Shown one piece after another: positions 24,301-35,169 of a DNA stretch of 64,000 nt (position 1 is the stretch's first letter; each line of letters begins with the position of its first letter). The notes under the pieces were generated by a model that ran no database searches, had not been told where the DNA came from, and worked only from the letters and a program-made list of their open reading frames with translations. The DNA is from Macrostomum lignano. Its lineage: Eukaryota. The DNA lies in assembly GCA_002269645.1 (NCBI GenBank), contig NIVC01003378.1:36878-100877 (forward strand), read 5' to 3'. A program made the position numbers and the translations under genes.

Positions 24301-24958
24301 CGCTTTCTGAAGACACCGCGAACACGCGGCCGGGCAGCACTCCGATTCTATCGATGAACTCCTGTGACGGCTCGAAGATGCCATGTGCCTGCTTGGTCTC
24401 GGTCGTCACGTCCACCACTTTAACTGACCTTGGCGGTACCACGACGGCGCCCTGAACTCTGGCGATGATCACTGTGGGTACCAAGCAACAAGACAGCGGG
24501 CCATCTTGCTTGGAATCGCAGTTACTGAACGGAACCGCCTCACCATCGAATGCGACTGTCTTGGCACCCTGGTCGATGCTGAACTGCGATCTGGCCGCCT
24601 TGCTCACGAAATCCATCCCCAGGATGAAGTTTGGGCGAATCCCTCTGACCACCAGCACGTCCATTTGTCTGCGCAGCTGATGACTGAGTCGCACCGTAAT
24701 GCTCACGCTTCCTAACAGCTCGAGAACGGAGCCGTCCACGGACACAGGCCTGACATCTGCCGGCTTCAGCTCGCAGCGACCGTCTAGCTCTCTCAAAGCA
24801 ACGTCGCTGATCAGCGAGGTCTGCGCTCCGGTGTCCAGCAGCCAGCGGCACGGCTTGCCGTTTGCCTCTCCAGGTATAAAAATAGCATGAAGCACGGGAT
24901 TGCTCCTTGGGGTTGGTGTGGGTCCCGCACCCGTTGCACCAACCCTTAAAAGTTTCCC
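21305..24958 (-). CDS. pol: Gypsy-2 Pol (PR-RT-RNaseH-IN), read through a -1 frameshift
   Basis: LLDTGAQTSLI, YIDDLII, SCDSS/ELLAI, H...GH..C..C, QLDIKGP/HSDQG/E; no stops in a 1248-codon frame. Confidence 0.96.
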   Translation of the reverse strand, partial: GKLLRVGATGAGPTPTPRSNPVLHAIFIPGEANGKPCRWLLDTGAQTSLISDVALRELDGRCELKPADVRPVSVDGSVLELLGSVSITVRLSHQLRRQMDVLVVRGIRPNFILGMDFVSKAARSQFSIDQGAKTVAFDGEAVPFSNCDSKQDGPLSCCLVPTVIIARVQGAVVVPPRSVKVVDVTTETKQAHGIFEPSQEFIDRIGVLPGRVFAVSSESGKIPVQVCNLSCSPVTLFSNQSIGTFESAEVIDEDEDVHEWRGPADQFNINPELPEEDSNRLAMLLRAFADVVSVHEFDVGTSSAAQHKIELDDGARPIRQRPRRVPHAFRRQVDEKLEQMRQHGVIEPSTSPWASNLIIVRKKNNDIRVCVDWRALNNLTVKDAHPLPHLHQALDSLAGCSWFSTIDMRQGFLQVEVREEDRPLTAFYTPSGLMQFRKMGFGMCNAPATYQRMMELIMTGLSWEEVIAYIDDLIIFNRDFENHVQSLSKVLHRLRSAKLKLNPGKSFFAYRSVTYLGHQVSESGIAPAAEKVEAIRRMPEPQSEEDVRRIIGMLSFYRRFVPNFSDIAKPLHHLAQKGAGGGFVWTSEHAAVLNKLKDALTQAPVLQLPDFSRPIVISCDSSAVALGAVLSQERDGQELPVAYASRTLSKAERNYSTTDRELLAIVWSLKQFRMYLSNSCKIQVFTDHKPITGLLNAKEPTGRLARWLQLIQEFPLEILYRPGKENIVPDTLSRAAAVQFQIANLPDEQDQDQVLHAVRHAMLQPNFQVPAAVSASVLKLLPCLTLSPDGALLHNGLPVIPQHMRAELLQQAHDRPSAGHLGQRRVLRALRERSWWPDMREDVRDWVRSCLVCQRRKGAPKRARAELVRQPLPAKPWAVMQLDIKGPLPVTESGKRYIICFVDPFSKWVEAAALSQIDATTVAEALVTCVVLRHGVPGVVHSDQGRQFEAEVFKQTCALLGAEKSRTSPFHPSGNGNVERFNRTLGNMLSAFCSENQASWDALLPYVVWAYSSSEHSSTGESPFKVLRGIEPRLPVDLALGGQRDQPQDCADLQARIRRGFQVVRAHLHTAQKSQHEFYNLGAETTDFKTGDRVMLTHHAMKRGQCKSLSSRWSGPFIVLKKVSPVNYRLQAVNGRRRLLVHHDRLKRFIDRPNLSGRPPAKPATEDDCQSVEDAAGQLAGPDAWEPLRNLDAAEPGNTVRRSGRQRRRPDFYTATC
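24910..24958 (-). promoter_or_regulatory. -1 programmed ribosomal frameshift signal
   Basis: G GGA AAC heptamer (24952-24958), 6-nt spacer, 9-bp stem GGGTTGGTG/CACCAACCC. Confidence 0.85.
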
Positions 24959-25767
24959 GGAGCCTTCGATGGGCAGACAGAGGCCTTGTGCCCCCGCCCA
25001 GAGCACTTGTGGCAGATGATCGGACCCGGCTGTTTCTCTCGCTGCTGACATTGCGCTGCACGGTGTCCGAGCTGGCCGCAGTTGAAGCAGCCGCCTCCTC
25101 GCTGTTGACGGCGACGCCGAGTGTCAGTACCCGACTGTACGCTGACCCTCGCGATGAGCTCCTCCATGCGTTTCTCCAGTCGGTCCAGGCGGTCCTCGCT
25201 TGGTTCTGCCGATGATGTAGCGCTGACGGCTGCGACTGCCGCCACCGACTGTCGCCCAGCCAGCTCCTCCAGCCGAGCCGCCCGCTGCAGCAGAGTCTCC
25301 AGGCTGCAGGTCTCTGCGTCCTCTGCCTTAAGCAGGTTGTCACGAATGTCGGCCTTGAGCAGCTGCAGAAGCTTGAAGCGCACATCTCGGTCTCGCTGAG
25401 CAATTGAGTCCTCCGGTCTGGCTTTCTGGTGTAGCAGCTTCAGGTTAAAGCAGAGCTCACGCAGTGTCTCGGCATCTCCACGTTTTTTCGCGTAGAAGTC
25501 GCTCATGGCCTTAAAGCTGTCGGCTTCGCCTCCATAAAACTTTGTGAGGTCCTCCTTTATACTTTTAAAACTCTTTTGTCTTGTCTCGGCCAGGTCCCAG
25601 ACGACAAGTTGGGCTTCTCCCGTGAGCAGCAGCTTCACCTTCGACGCTGAGGTCGCGTCGTCCCATTTCGCATCGTTGGCGAATTCCTCAAAGATGCGCA
25701 GCCACTTTCTTACGTCAGTGCCGTCTGTTCCACTGAACTTTGGCGGTAGAAGGGTGTTCTGGGCCAT
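24946..25767 (-). CDS. gag: Gypsy-2 Gag (273 aa, two CCHC zinc knuckles)
   Basis: ATG at 25767 just after the PBS; PPKFSG..DV.KWL..FE; CFNCGQLGHRAAQC and CHKCSGRGHKASVC. Confidence 0.93.
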   Translation of the reverse strand: MAQNTLLPPKFSGTDGTDVRKWLRIFEEFANDAKWDDATSASKVKLLLTGEAQLVVWDLAETRQKSFKSIKEDLTKFYGGEADSFKAMSDFYAKKRGDAETLRELCFNLKLLHQKARPEDSIAQRDRDVRFKLLQLLKADIRDNLLKAEDAETCSLETLLQRAARLEELAGRQSVAAVAAVSATSSAEPSEDRLDRLEKRMEELIARVSVQSGTDTRRRRQQRGGGCFNCGQLGHRAAQCQQREKQPGPIICHKCSGRGHKASVCPSKAPGNF

Positions 25768-25801
25768 GAGTGCACTTGCACTGGGTTCTCGCTGCCACCA
25801 A

Positions 25802-26011
25802 TGTAAGAGCCGAGAATTTAGAGTAAGTTTACGAAGTATATTTTGATGCACGATAATTTACGAGCGATTAAATAGTCAGCGATGATAGATCGATTAAAGT
25901 GACTCACCCAACTGGGGTGGTGGGCATGTACAGAGAAGAAAGCGAGATGCAAGTACATATACTAATAGAGCAGCCCCCACCCCGACGGCCCAAACCAAAC
26001 GCAACCCTACA
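25802..26011 (-). repeat. 5' LTR of Gypsy-2
   Basis: Identical to 20988-21197; followed on the minus strand by the PBS. Confidence 0.95.
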
Positions 26012-26248
26012 ATATTTTATATTCAGTAAACTTAGTATGAATATAGAAAGTGCAAAAATAGGCGAAATTTGCAGAATTTGATTGGTTTTGTCGTAACCAG
26101 CTTTGTTTTGTATTTCATGCGATTTTGCTGTCTTCACGCTGGCTATTCTCTCTCCCTTTAAACGAAAAATCCAGGCTAATTTATATTTACACTAATGCTT
26201 GTCTTCTGTCGTCTGTCCTATTTCTATAAAAAGTTCGTTTCTCATGGC

Positions 26249-26497
26249 GGGTGGGTTTCACAAACGCGAAATTTTGTTACCGCTAGAAGCAGTTGCTTTC
26301 ATAACCGCGAAACTTTCATTTAGCTATTGTGAAGTTTCGCGGTTGTTAAAGTAGGTAACATTTAGCGGTTTTGAAGTTTCGCGTTTGTAAATTACAACAA
26401 AAATTTAGCGGTTGTGAAGTCTCGCGTCTATGAAATTTAGCGCTTATAAAGTAGGTGATTTAGCGGTTGTAAAATTTTGCGTTTGTGAAAGCAACCC
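26249..26497. mobile_element. 249-bp MITE in LAP intron 3
   Basis: GGGT...ACCC termini, about 37-bp imperfect TIR, internal gcggttgtgaagtttcgcg sub-repeats, 8-bp TSD ctcatggc (26241-26248 and 26498-26505). Confidence 0.8.
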
Positions 26498-27186
26498 CTC
26501 ATGGCTACTACTTGGTACTTTGTTCTTTTATATGTGCCGGGCATTCAACGCCTAAAATATTATTAAAAAACACAGTAAGCACTGCAGTAAATTTATTTAA
26601 TCAAAGAACACCGGCTGTTTGCAGGGCCGTAGCGTGGCGCTCTTGTGTGCCAGGCTCGATTCCCAATTGCAGTCATTAATTTGGGGCAACATTGGAATCT
26701 CAGCTTGGGTCTGCTCGTGCAATTAACGCCCTTGAAGGCCAACCCCAAAGCATAGTGAAGTGTACATGCCTAACGATAGATAAAGTTAGGGCCGCTGTAC
26801 ACTCCTGTGTAGTGTGCCTGTGTGTGACTGCGTACTTATCCGCGCGCTTGTGTGCCTGTTCATGGAAGTCGGTGGAATGGGCAGCAATGCCTCTCGTTTA
26901 AAGTGCGCCAGAGTGCACACAGCCTCTAATAAAAAATATACCGGCTGTGTGCAGTAAAATATTTCTCTACCTAGTTCAATAACTAATGAAAAGTTAATTT
27001 GTTTTTTTTAGAAAGTTCTTGTTTAATACATTTATCCTCTAAAAATTCAATGCGTACTTTTATCTTTTTATGCTTCTGGGCAATGCAGCAGTTTCTGATT
27101 TGCTACGTTTCATTTTCCTTAAACACACATTCAATGCATTCCAGGTGCTAGCGATTTAAAAATGTGATCTTATTGATACGTTTCAG

Positions 27187-27276
27187 ATTGCCAGAGGACA
27201 TCAGCAGCCTCAGCCACCTTGCCAATCTTACACTTAACGAATGCTCACTAAGGAAGCTGCCAAATACTCTCGGCAG
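27187..27276 (+). CDS. LAP protein exon 4
   Basis: cag|LPEDISSLSHLANLTLNECSLRKLPNTLG|gtgagc; phase 2 to 2. Confidence 0.88.
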
Positions 27277-27471
27277 GTGAGCTTTCTTATTGGCTTATGC
27301 TGAATTCGCGTATATCTCGGTAGTACTGCTCATGCGCTCTTGTACCGAAATCAGCTTGTCAAGAACTTTTATGGACCAAAATTGTTATTACTATGTGTCT
27401 TATTATGATTATGTATTATTTTGACACCTCCGAGTGCAAGGCCCCGTCACTCCAATGCTGTTATTTTTAAG

Positions 27472-27592
27472 ACTGGGCAGCCTCTGTGTGCTGGAGGTCC
27501 GGGGCAACAAGCTCAGGTCGCTTCCTGCCTGCATCGGTCGTCTGAAGAGCCTGGAACGGCTGGATGCTGGTGAAAACGAGCTAGAATTGCTA
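27472..27592 (+). CDS. LAP protein exon 5
   Basis: aag|LGSLCVLEVRGNKLRSLPACIGRLKSLERLDAGENELELL|gtaagt; phase 2 to 0. Confidence 0.88.
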
Positions 27593-27755
27593 GTAAGTAC
27601 CTTCCGATTTTTGCTTAGTGCAGCACTATAGAAATAAAACTATCCAGGAATTTTTGTATTTTCGGCTAGTTTCTACTGTTCATACTGTTCAATTAATTGC
27701 TTTGTCCATTTCATGACAGTGACCAGCAACTTTTGTCCTCCCTTTTGACACCCAG

Positions 27756-28661
27756 CCAGAATCCTTTGGCGAGCTGCAAAGCCTGTGTGACTGCTGGCTG
27801 GACAAGAACCGCCTGTCTTGCCTGCCCGCGTCTATCGGCCAGCTGACCAGCCTCAGCTTCTTCGACTTGTCTGGAAACCGCATCGAGACCCTGCCGCACG
27901 AACTGGGCCTCTGCGCCGCCCTGTGTGATCTCAACTTGAGCGCCAATCTGCTGCGCTGCCTGCCAGACACCGTGGACGGACTGACTGGCCTGGCTGGCCT
28001 CCGGCTCGATGCCAACCGGCTGCTGCAGCTGCCGCAGAGCATCGGCCGTCTGTCCGCTCTATGTGACCTAAACATCAGCAGCAACCTGCTGGCCTGTCTG
28101 CCACCCACCATTGGCCTGCTGCGCCAGCTGCAAACTCTGCATGCCGACTGCAACCGGCTGACGGAGCTGCCCTCCAGCATCGGAAGCTGCTCCAGCCTCA
28201 CAATTCTGTCTCTGCGAGCCAACCTGCTGAGGTTCGTGCCGGACGAGATCGGCCACCTGCAGGAGCTGCGGGTTCTGAACCTGAGTGCCAACAGGCTCGA
28301 CTGCCTGCCAATCTCCATGCTGCGGCTGCCCGACCTGCAGGCTCTGTGGCTCAGCGACAACCAGACCGAACCGCTGCCCCGTCTGCAGCCCGAAGATGTC
28401 CTTGCAGGCAAGGCCGTTTTGCGGGTTCTCACTTGCTACCTGCTGCCCCAGCTGCCAGTTCCGCTGGCCACTCTCAGGGAGGAAGACGAGCTCGATGACT
28501 TCAACTCCATGGAGAGGCAGCGCACCGTTCAGTTCGCTGTGGACGGCGGCGAATCACCCAGCGATGCCGCTGAGGACCGCCACCTGCCCAAGGATCTGCC
28601 CGACGGACGGCGGCGGGTCTGGGCCGCCTGCGTCCCCACATCCACGGAGCGAGTGGGCCTG
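27756..28661 (+). CDS. LAP protein exon 6 (LRRs + LAPSD)
   Basis: cag|PESFGELQSL... tandem LRRs; LWLSDNQ..LQPED..VLTCYLLPQ (LAPSD) and RTVQF; donor CTG|gtatgt (3' boundary less certain). Confidence 0.85.
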
Positions 28662-28946
28662 GTATGTACCGAGTGGGATGCGTTGTCCATGTTTAAGCAG
28701 TTGATCGAGTGTATTTGGCAGGGAGTTAGACAACTTCAGGCCTTAAAAATAAATTCCTAGTTGTATAGCTGCTCTAATTGCTTCTTTGCTGTGCCTAATA
28801 AAGTTTTTTTTTACCTTGGCTACTGTTGAGCGACAGTCATTTTATTCACGCTTGTGCCTGCTAACCGAGTATTTAATCTCATTACATCTAACCTCTAAAG
28901 TAATACCAGCTAATTCGTGCCAACTAACTATAATCCCACTGAGCAG

Positions 28947-29276
28947 TCAACGGCTCTGGGTGTTCAGGCCAGCTGCCTGCGCCGGTGCTTGCCCTGCGTG
29001 ACGTCAAATTCGAGCAGCGCCGAGTCTGCAGCCCATTATCTGCCTCACCTTCCAACTCTGGGGAATCCAGATGGAGTCACCACCGAGGTCGCCAACTCCC
29101 CGAGCGATGATGCTGCAAAAACGACTACTGCAGCCTCCCGGCAAAACCCGTTGGACCTGGTCAGCCCGCTGTCGACTTCGTCACCTCTAAGCGGCCACCA
29201 AGCAGTGAGCAATGGCTCAGATCCCAATAATAACAACAATGGAACTTCGGATGCGTACGAGATGGTTTTGCTGCAA
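28947..29276 (+). CDS. LAP protein exon 7 (low-complexity linker)
   Basis: cag|STALGVQ...MVLLQ|gtacga; open, and phase 0/0 is compatible with both neighbours. Confidence 0.6.
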
Positions 29277-29425
29277 GTACGAATGAAACTCATTTCGATT
29301 GGCTCAACTTATTTTTAAATTTAGGTGTGACGTTTGGCTTGAATTCCTAACCAATAATGGTTCGTTTTATTGTCGTTTTTCATTTATATCACTATAAATT
29401 CCATTTAATGAAACTGCCCCTGCAG

Positions 29426-30235
29426 GATGCGACTCCCGTTGCCACAATCCGCATCAGACCTGGCGACCACTCGCACTCGCACCTCCGCCAGCACTACGGC
29501 TACGACTCTGACGGGGGCTTGCCCGCCGCTCGTGTGCGCTCCCTACCCGCCACGGTCGCCCCGTTGTCAAGGCGCGGAAGCCATCCTGGCTCGCAGCTGC
29601 CGCCTATCGCCCAGTCAGAGTCTGCGCTAACACCGCCGCTTCATCAGCCGCCGCCGCCGCCACCACCGCCGCCGCGTGGCCCTCACTGGCCCACCGCACC
29701 CTCCGGCCCCGCCGCCCCGATTGCAGTTCCTGAGGACTCCGCGAGCAGCGACAGCGGCTACGGTGGCCGCCGACCAGCCCCAGCGCCACCTCCCGCCAGG
29801 TCGCCGCCGCCAACCCCGCCTCAAATTCACAACCTGCCGCCTTCCAGCGGAATTCGCGTCCCACCAGTTCGCACTTCCACTGCCAGCGTTGCCGTTCTAC
29901 CTGATGCCGACTTTAGAAGTGGCGGCAGCTCAAGCGAGTTCAGTGTCCCAGTTGCCGCCGCTGCTAGCACTCTGCTGCTGTGGGTGACGATCGACCGCGG
30001 CCCGACTCTCGGCTTCAGCGTGTCCGGTGGCGCCGACACTGCCGAAGGTGGCGTATTCGTATCCCGCCTCCTGCCCAACTGCCCCGCCTCGGACCTGCTG
30101 AGGTTTGGGGATCGAATCCTGCAGGTGAACGAAATGCCATTTGGCGGTCTGAGCCACTCTGAGGCAGTGCAGTTCTTGAAGGCACAGGGCAGAGTGCGGC
30201 TGCTAATCCAGCGCTCTGTATCATCAGAGCCGTGA
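29426..30235 (+). CDS. LAP protein exon 8 (Pro-rich region + C-terminal PDZ)
   Basis: cag|DATP...; LGFSVSGG..GVFVSRL..GDRILQVN...SHSEAV.FLK PDZ motif; TGA. Confidence 0.85.
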   Translation, partial: DATPVATIRIRPGDHSHSHLRQHYGYDSDGGLPAARVRSLPATVAPLSRRGSHPGSQLPPIAQSESALTPPLHQPPPPPPPPPRGPHWPTAPSGPAAPIAVPEDSASSDSGYGGRRPAPAPPPARSPPPTPPQIHNLPPSSGIRVPPVRTSTASVAVLPDADFRSGGSSSEFSVPVAAAASTLLLWVTIDRGPTLGFSVSGGADTAEGGVFVSRLLPNCPASDLLRFGDRILQVNEMPFGGLSHSEAVQFLKAQGRVRLLIQRSVSSEP

Positions 30236-30754
30236 GATTTTTGTCCGATTGGCAATCAGCTGATTTTATCGCATCATTCTGACGAGTATTCTAGATTTAT
30301 CAGCTCGTTCAGTCTCTTCGGTGCCAAGCCTGTTTAACATTCTGTTGATTCGTTTAGTGCATTGCATGCGATTCGTTTGCATTGCAGTCACCTTGCATTT
30401 TATACACGTGCTTTTAGTTTTAGTAGTGCTTATGTTGAATGGTTTCGCTACGATGTTCTCTTGCTTTATCTATATAATCTACGCATATTCTGCCATGTGC
30501 TTGAGTGAGTATTCGTAAAATAGTGATAAATGTTGTTATATAATTTCGACGACTGGTTCCAGTAGGCCCAAAGTCGCTACTAATCAATAACAGTGCATTT
30601 TTAAGTCCGTCCCTTCTAACCTTTTTCAAAGTACTCACTTGTGCCTGCCTTCTCCCTGTTGTTTTTACTTGATACCAAACAGCAAGTCGCACCACAGGAT
30701 CTGCTTTGCACTACTCATCTCATGGGGCGGCCGAAAGCGCATTTGTAGGTGACG

Positions 30755-30866
30755 AGTGAGAGTGCGCGGGGAGAGTGCGTGGGTGAGAGTGCATGATGGG
30801 TGAGAGTGCATGATGGGTGAGAGTTCATGATGGGTGAGTTGGGTGCATGGATGAGATGGGTGAGGG
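30755..30866. repeat. 17-bp minisatellite gggtgagagtgcatgat (about 5-6 degenerate copies)
   Basis: Direct inspection. Confidence 0.75.
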
Positions 30867-31944
30867 CTATTGTAATTTTCTAATTTGCGGGCCATCATTG
30901 TTTATTTTGATAAACTTGGCCTTGGCTTTTTCAGCCGCTTTTTAGCTTAATTTATTTACACTGTCGTTCCGTTCGCTGATAAATCCTGTGCATTTTCTGG
31001 TATAAATTTATTGGGTGCATCATTGCGTTAAATTATTTATTTTTTCTAGACACTTGCTGCTTAACGGCTACTGTGTAGCGACCTCGATATTTATAATTGA
31101 TTCGCAGAGTTTACCGAGTTGTCCCTTCAGATGCTATATATACTGTACGGATTTATATAGAAAACGAGTCAAAAACATTGATGCCACAAAATTTTCTTTG
31201 TAATAACTTCGGTGCTAAATATTACCTGTAATCTGCTTGCGCTCCAATTAATGCGCTATTTTATTCTGGCTTTCAGACAAAATTGTTTACTTCCCATCAA
31301 TCGTCAGTTATTTTTGGCTGAGATTTTAAAATCTGCACTGTTATTTGCATGATTCAGTCTAATGCAAACTTTGCATTGCATCTCGAGTCTGGTCGAGAAA
31401 AGCCATTTTTGAGTTTAGTTGGCCTGTGGAACTGCAGTATACTTTGTTAACTGATGAGGAGGCGCACCTAGCTGGTCTGAGGCGTGAGCCAAGGTTGACT
31501 GAATTAACTAAAGGCACCACCGTACATTCCATTTCTTCAAATAGGCTGCACGTCTTAACTGCTCAAACCTGTCTAATTAATTCAGTAGCTATATGTATAT
31601 CCGGTTGGCACTCGCGGTAAACACAGAGTGTCTTAATCTTCAAGCTTCAAAAAAATGTTCTCATTTCATCACAAATATCATAAGCCCAGTATCGCTACCT
31701 ATATGCCAAACACAATGTATATTTTATAACTAAATCTGCGACATTAACTAAATCCATGTGTATTCAACTTCAAGACGGCTTCGATATCTGTTGGCGATTC
31801 TCAAATTTCTAGTGTGATGTTTCAAAGCTGAGCTTGTGTTCTATTACGTGTAGCTTATAAAAATTCTACTTAACTGAATTATCGCCTTGGCTTCGCAGCT
31901 TGCTAAATTGCATAGTGCACCTGTTGTGCACTGTTGTGCTGCAG

Positions 31945-32568
31945 CTGCTCAGGCCGACTCAAGAACAACTGCCGAGCGACGACGACCTGCGCGACAGCAT
32001 CGCACAGAGGCAAGCTAAGAACGCCGACTACACCAACAAGCGAAGGCGAGCTCGAGACTCAGCAGTCGAGGCCGGAGACTGGGTCTGGCAGCAGGTGCCG
32101 CACCGGGCGCACAAGCTGGCAATCCGACTAAAGGAGCCGCTCAAGATCGCCTCCCAAGCAGGGCGCAACACCTTCGTGCTGTCCGACGGTACGAAGTGGC
32201 ACGCGAGCCGCCTGATCAAGTGCAACGACCCGACAGCACACAGTGGCGCAGCTGACCGAGCGGACGAGCTGTTCGAGGCGCTCCTGCTGCCTGAGCCGGT
32301 GGCCAGGGCGGCTACGGTGCCGCCACCACCGCCTGGCGAGCCTCTACCCGAGGCGGCGCTCCAAAGGTCGACTCAAGCTCGACGGCAACCGGCGCGTTAT
32401 CCTCTTCCGGAAGGGGGGAGAATGTTGTGATTGACAATGCTCGCGCAATGAACTGACTACTGACAATGAACTATTGGCCTTATTGAATGCGTGGGCGTAT
32501 ACTGTACTCAGACTAGAATGAGTAGGAGATTGCAACGTGCAACGTGCAACGTGCAAGTAGGAGTCCTT
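31945..32568 (+). mobile_element. 3' fragment of a Gypsy element (integrase tail, PPT, start of LTR)
   Basis: Q..NADYTNKRRRAR..GDWVW..HASRL..RS.QARRQPARY; PPT gaaggggggagaa; LTR start tgttgtga at 32423, cut by the Helitron array. Confidence 0.75.
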
Positions 32569-32597
32569 TCCTATATACTAAAAATGGTCTGTCTGTG

Positions 32598-32630
<33 letters not shown>

Positions 32631-33314
32631 GTGATCGATTAGAGAAAAAATGGCTGGACCGATTTTGTTCGAACTTGCACTGTTCGATCAGAAATTTTCC
32701 CGTGACGGTACATGCATCGTGGCTAAGAAATCCTATATACTAAAAATGAAATGTCTGTAACTAACTAGCTATGCGATAGATATCAGAAAAAATGGCTCAA
32801 CCGATTTTCTTCAAACTTGCACCATTCGATCAGAAATTTTCCTGGGACGGTACATGCATCTTGGCTAAGAAATTGCTCAATGTTAAAGGGATTAAATATT
32901 CGAAAAACATGATTTTTTGCAAAGGTCAAGCAGCTCTTTCGACCTGAAATGCATTGTAAGAATGCTAGAGAAAAAACTGACTGGCTGAATTACGATTGTG
33001 ATAAAGATTGCATCACAACAAGTTGAAAACAGTGCCACAGAAACGCACACAAGACTTCATTGAAATTGCGTAACCATATTGCTAACTTGAATTTAGACTG
33101 ATACTGGCTGACTGAGAAATTGATTATGTCATAACTTTTTACTCTAACCGACTTGCTATAAGAATTTATTATAAGGGCCACAATTCAAGTTCTCCGATTG
33201 AAAAGAGATAGCCGGATGCAAACAAACTGGAATGCTAATGTAGCGACCTTGGTTCGAATCTTAGTAGTGAAAAATGTTTTTTTTATTAAAACACCTTAAA
33301 AACACAAAATTCTA

Positions 33315-35090
33315 AACATTAAAGAGCCACCATTTCAAACATTAAAGAGCCACAATGTCAAACATTAAAGAGCCACCATTTCAAACCTATAAGAGCCACC
33401 ATGTCGAACATTAAAGAGCCACCATTTCAAACATTAAAGAGCCACAATGTCAAACATTAAAGAGCCACCATTTCAAACCTAAAAGAGCCACCATGTCGAA
33501 CATTAAAGAGCCACCATGTCGAACATAAAAGAGCCACCATATCAAACATAAAAGAGTTACCATGTCAAACATTAAAGAGCCACCATGTCGAACATTAAAG
33601 AGCCACAATGTCAAACATTTAAGAGCCACCATTTCAAACCTAAAAGAGCCACCATGTCGAACATTAAAAAGCCACCATGTCAAACATTAAAAAGCCACCA
33701 TGTCAAACATTAAAGAGACACCATTTCAAACCTAAAAGAGTTACCATGTCAAACATTAAAGAGCCGCCATGTCAAACATAAAACAGACACCATTAAGAAC
33801 ATTAAAGAGCCACCATGTCGAACATAAAAGAGCCACCATGTAGAACATAAAAGAGTCACCATGTCAAACATTAAAGAGCCACCATGTCTAACATTAAAGA
33901 GCCACCATGTCGAACATAAAAGAGGTACCATGTCAAACATTAAAGACCCACCAGGTCAAACATGAAAGTGCCACCATGTCAAATATTAAAAAGCCACCAT
34001 GTCAAACATTAAAGAGCCACCAGGTCAAACATGAAAGTGCCACCATATAAAACATTAAAGAGCCACCAGGTCAAACATATACATGACTCCATGTCAAACA
34101 TATACGTGACTCCATGTCAAGCATTGAAGAGACACCATGTCGAACATAAAAGAGCCACCATGCAAAACATAAAAGAGCCACCATGTCTAACATTAAAGAG
34201 CCACCATGCAAAACATAAAAGAGCCACCATGTCTAACATTAAAGAGCCACCATGTCAAACATATACATGACTCCATGTCAAACGTTAAAGAGACACCATG
34301 TCAAACATTGAAGAGCCACCATGTCAAACATTTAAGAGCCACCATGTAAAACATATACGTAACTCCATGTCAAACATTAAAGCGACACCATGTCGAACAT
34401 AAAAGAGCCACCATGTCGAACATTAAAGAGCCACCATGTCGAACATAAAAGAGCTACCATGTCAAACATTAAAGAGCTACCATGTTAAACATAAAAGAGC
34501 CATCATGTCAAACATATAAGTGACTTTATGTCGAACATTAAAGAGCCACCATGTCAAACATTAAAGAGCCACCATGTTAAACATAAAAGAGCCATCATGT
34601 CAAACATATAAGTGACTTTATGTCGAACATTAAAGAGCCACCATGTCTAACATTAAAGAGCCACCATGTCCAACATTAAAGAGCCACCATGTCAAAAATT
34701 AAAGAGCCACCATGTCTATCATTAAAGAGCCATCATGTCAAACATTAAAGAGCTACTTTGTCTAACATTAAAGAGCCACCATGTCAAACATTAAAGAGCC
34801 ACCATGTCTATCATTAAAGAGCCATCATGTCAAACATTAAAGAGCCACCATTTCGAACATTAAAGAGCCACCATGTTAAACATTAAAAAGCCACTTTGTC
34901 AAACATAGAAGAGCCCCATGTCAAACATAGAAGAGCCCCCATGTCAAACATAGAAGAGCCCCCATGTCAAACATAGAAGAGCCACTATGTCAGACATTGA
35001 AAAGCCACCGTATCAAACATAAAAGAGTTAACATGTACGAGCGTAGAACATAAAAGAGCCACCCTGTTAAACATAAAAGATACACAATTT
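33315..35090. repeat. 23-bp minisatellite atgtcaaacattaaagagccacc (about 75-80 copies)
   Basis: Direct inspection. Confidence 0.95.
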
Positions 35091-35169
35091 CAAACGTAAA
35101 AATAAGCGAATTTTAAAGGAGCCGCTATAATGCTAAGGAAATTGTCGCACTAGCTACTTATTGTCTGGT

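Larger units (their letters stand above)
20988..26011 (-). mobile_element. Intact Ty3/Gypsy LTR retrotransposon (5024 bp) in LAP intron 3, antisense
   Basis: 210-bp LTRs 20988-21197 and 25802-26011, identical by eye; TG..CA termini; TSD ATAT; PBS TGGTGGCAGCG (tRNA-Leu-type 3' end); PPT near 21198-21216; uninterrupted gag and pol. Confidence 0.97.

Noticed and set aside
21085-25399. Many plus-strand and alternate-frame ORFs overlapping Gypsy-2 (likewise over 4294-7746 and 45964-48248)
   Set aside because: Shadow ORFs of GC-rich gag/pol sequence; no independent motifs.
33206-33270. Functional tRNA-Ser gene
   Set aside because: Acceptor stem cannot pair and the anticodon stem is mismatched; kept only as a tRNA-derived segment.
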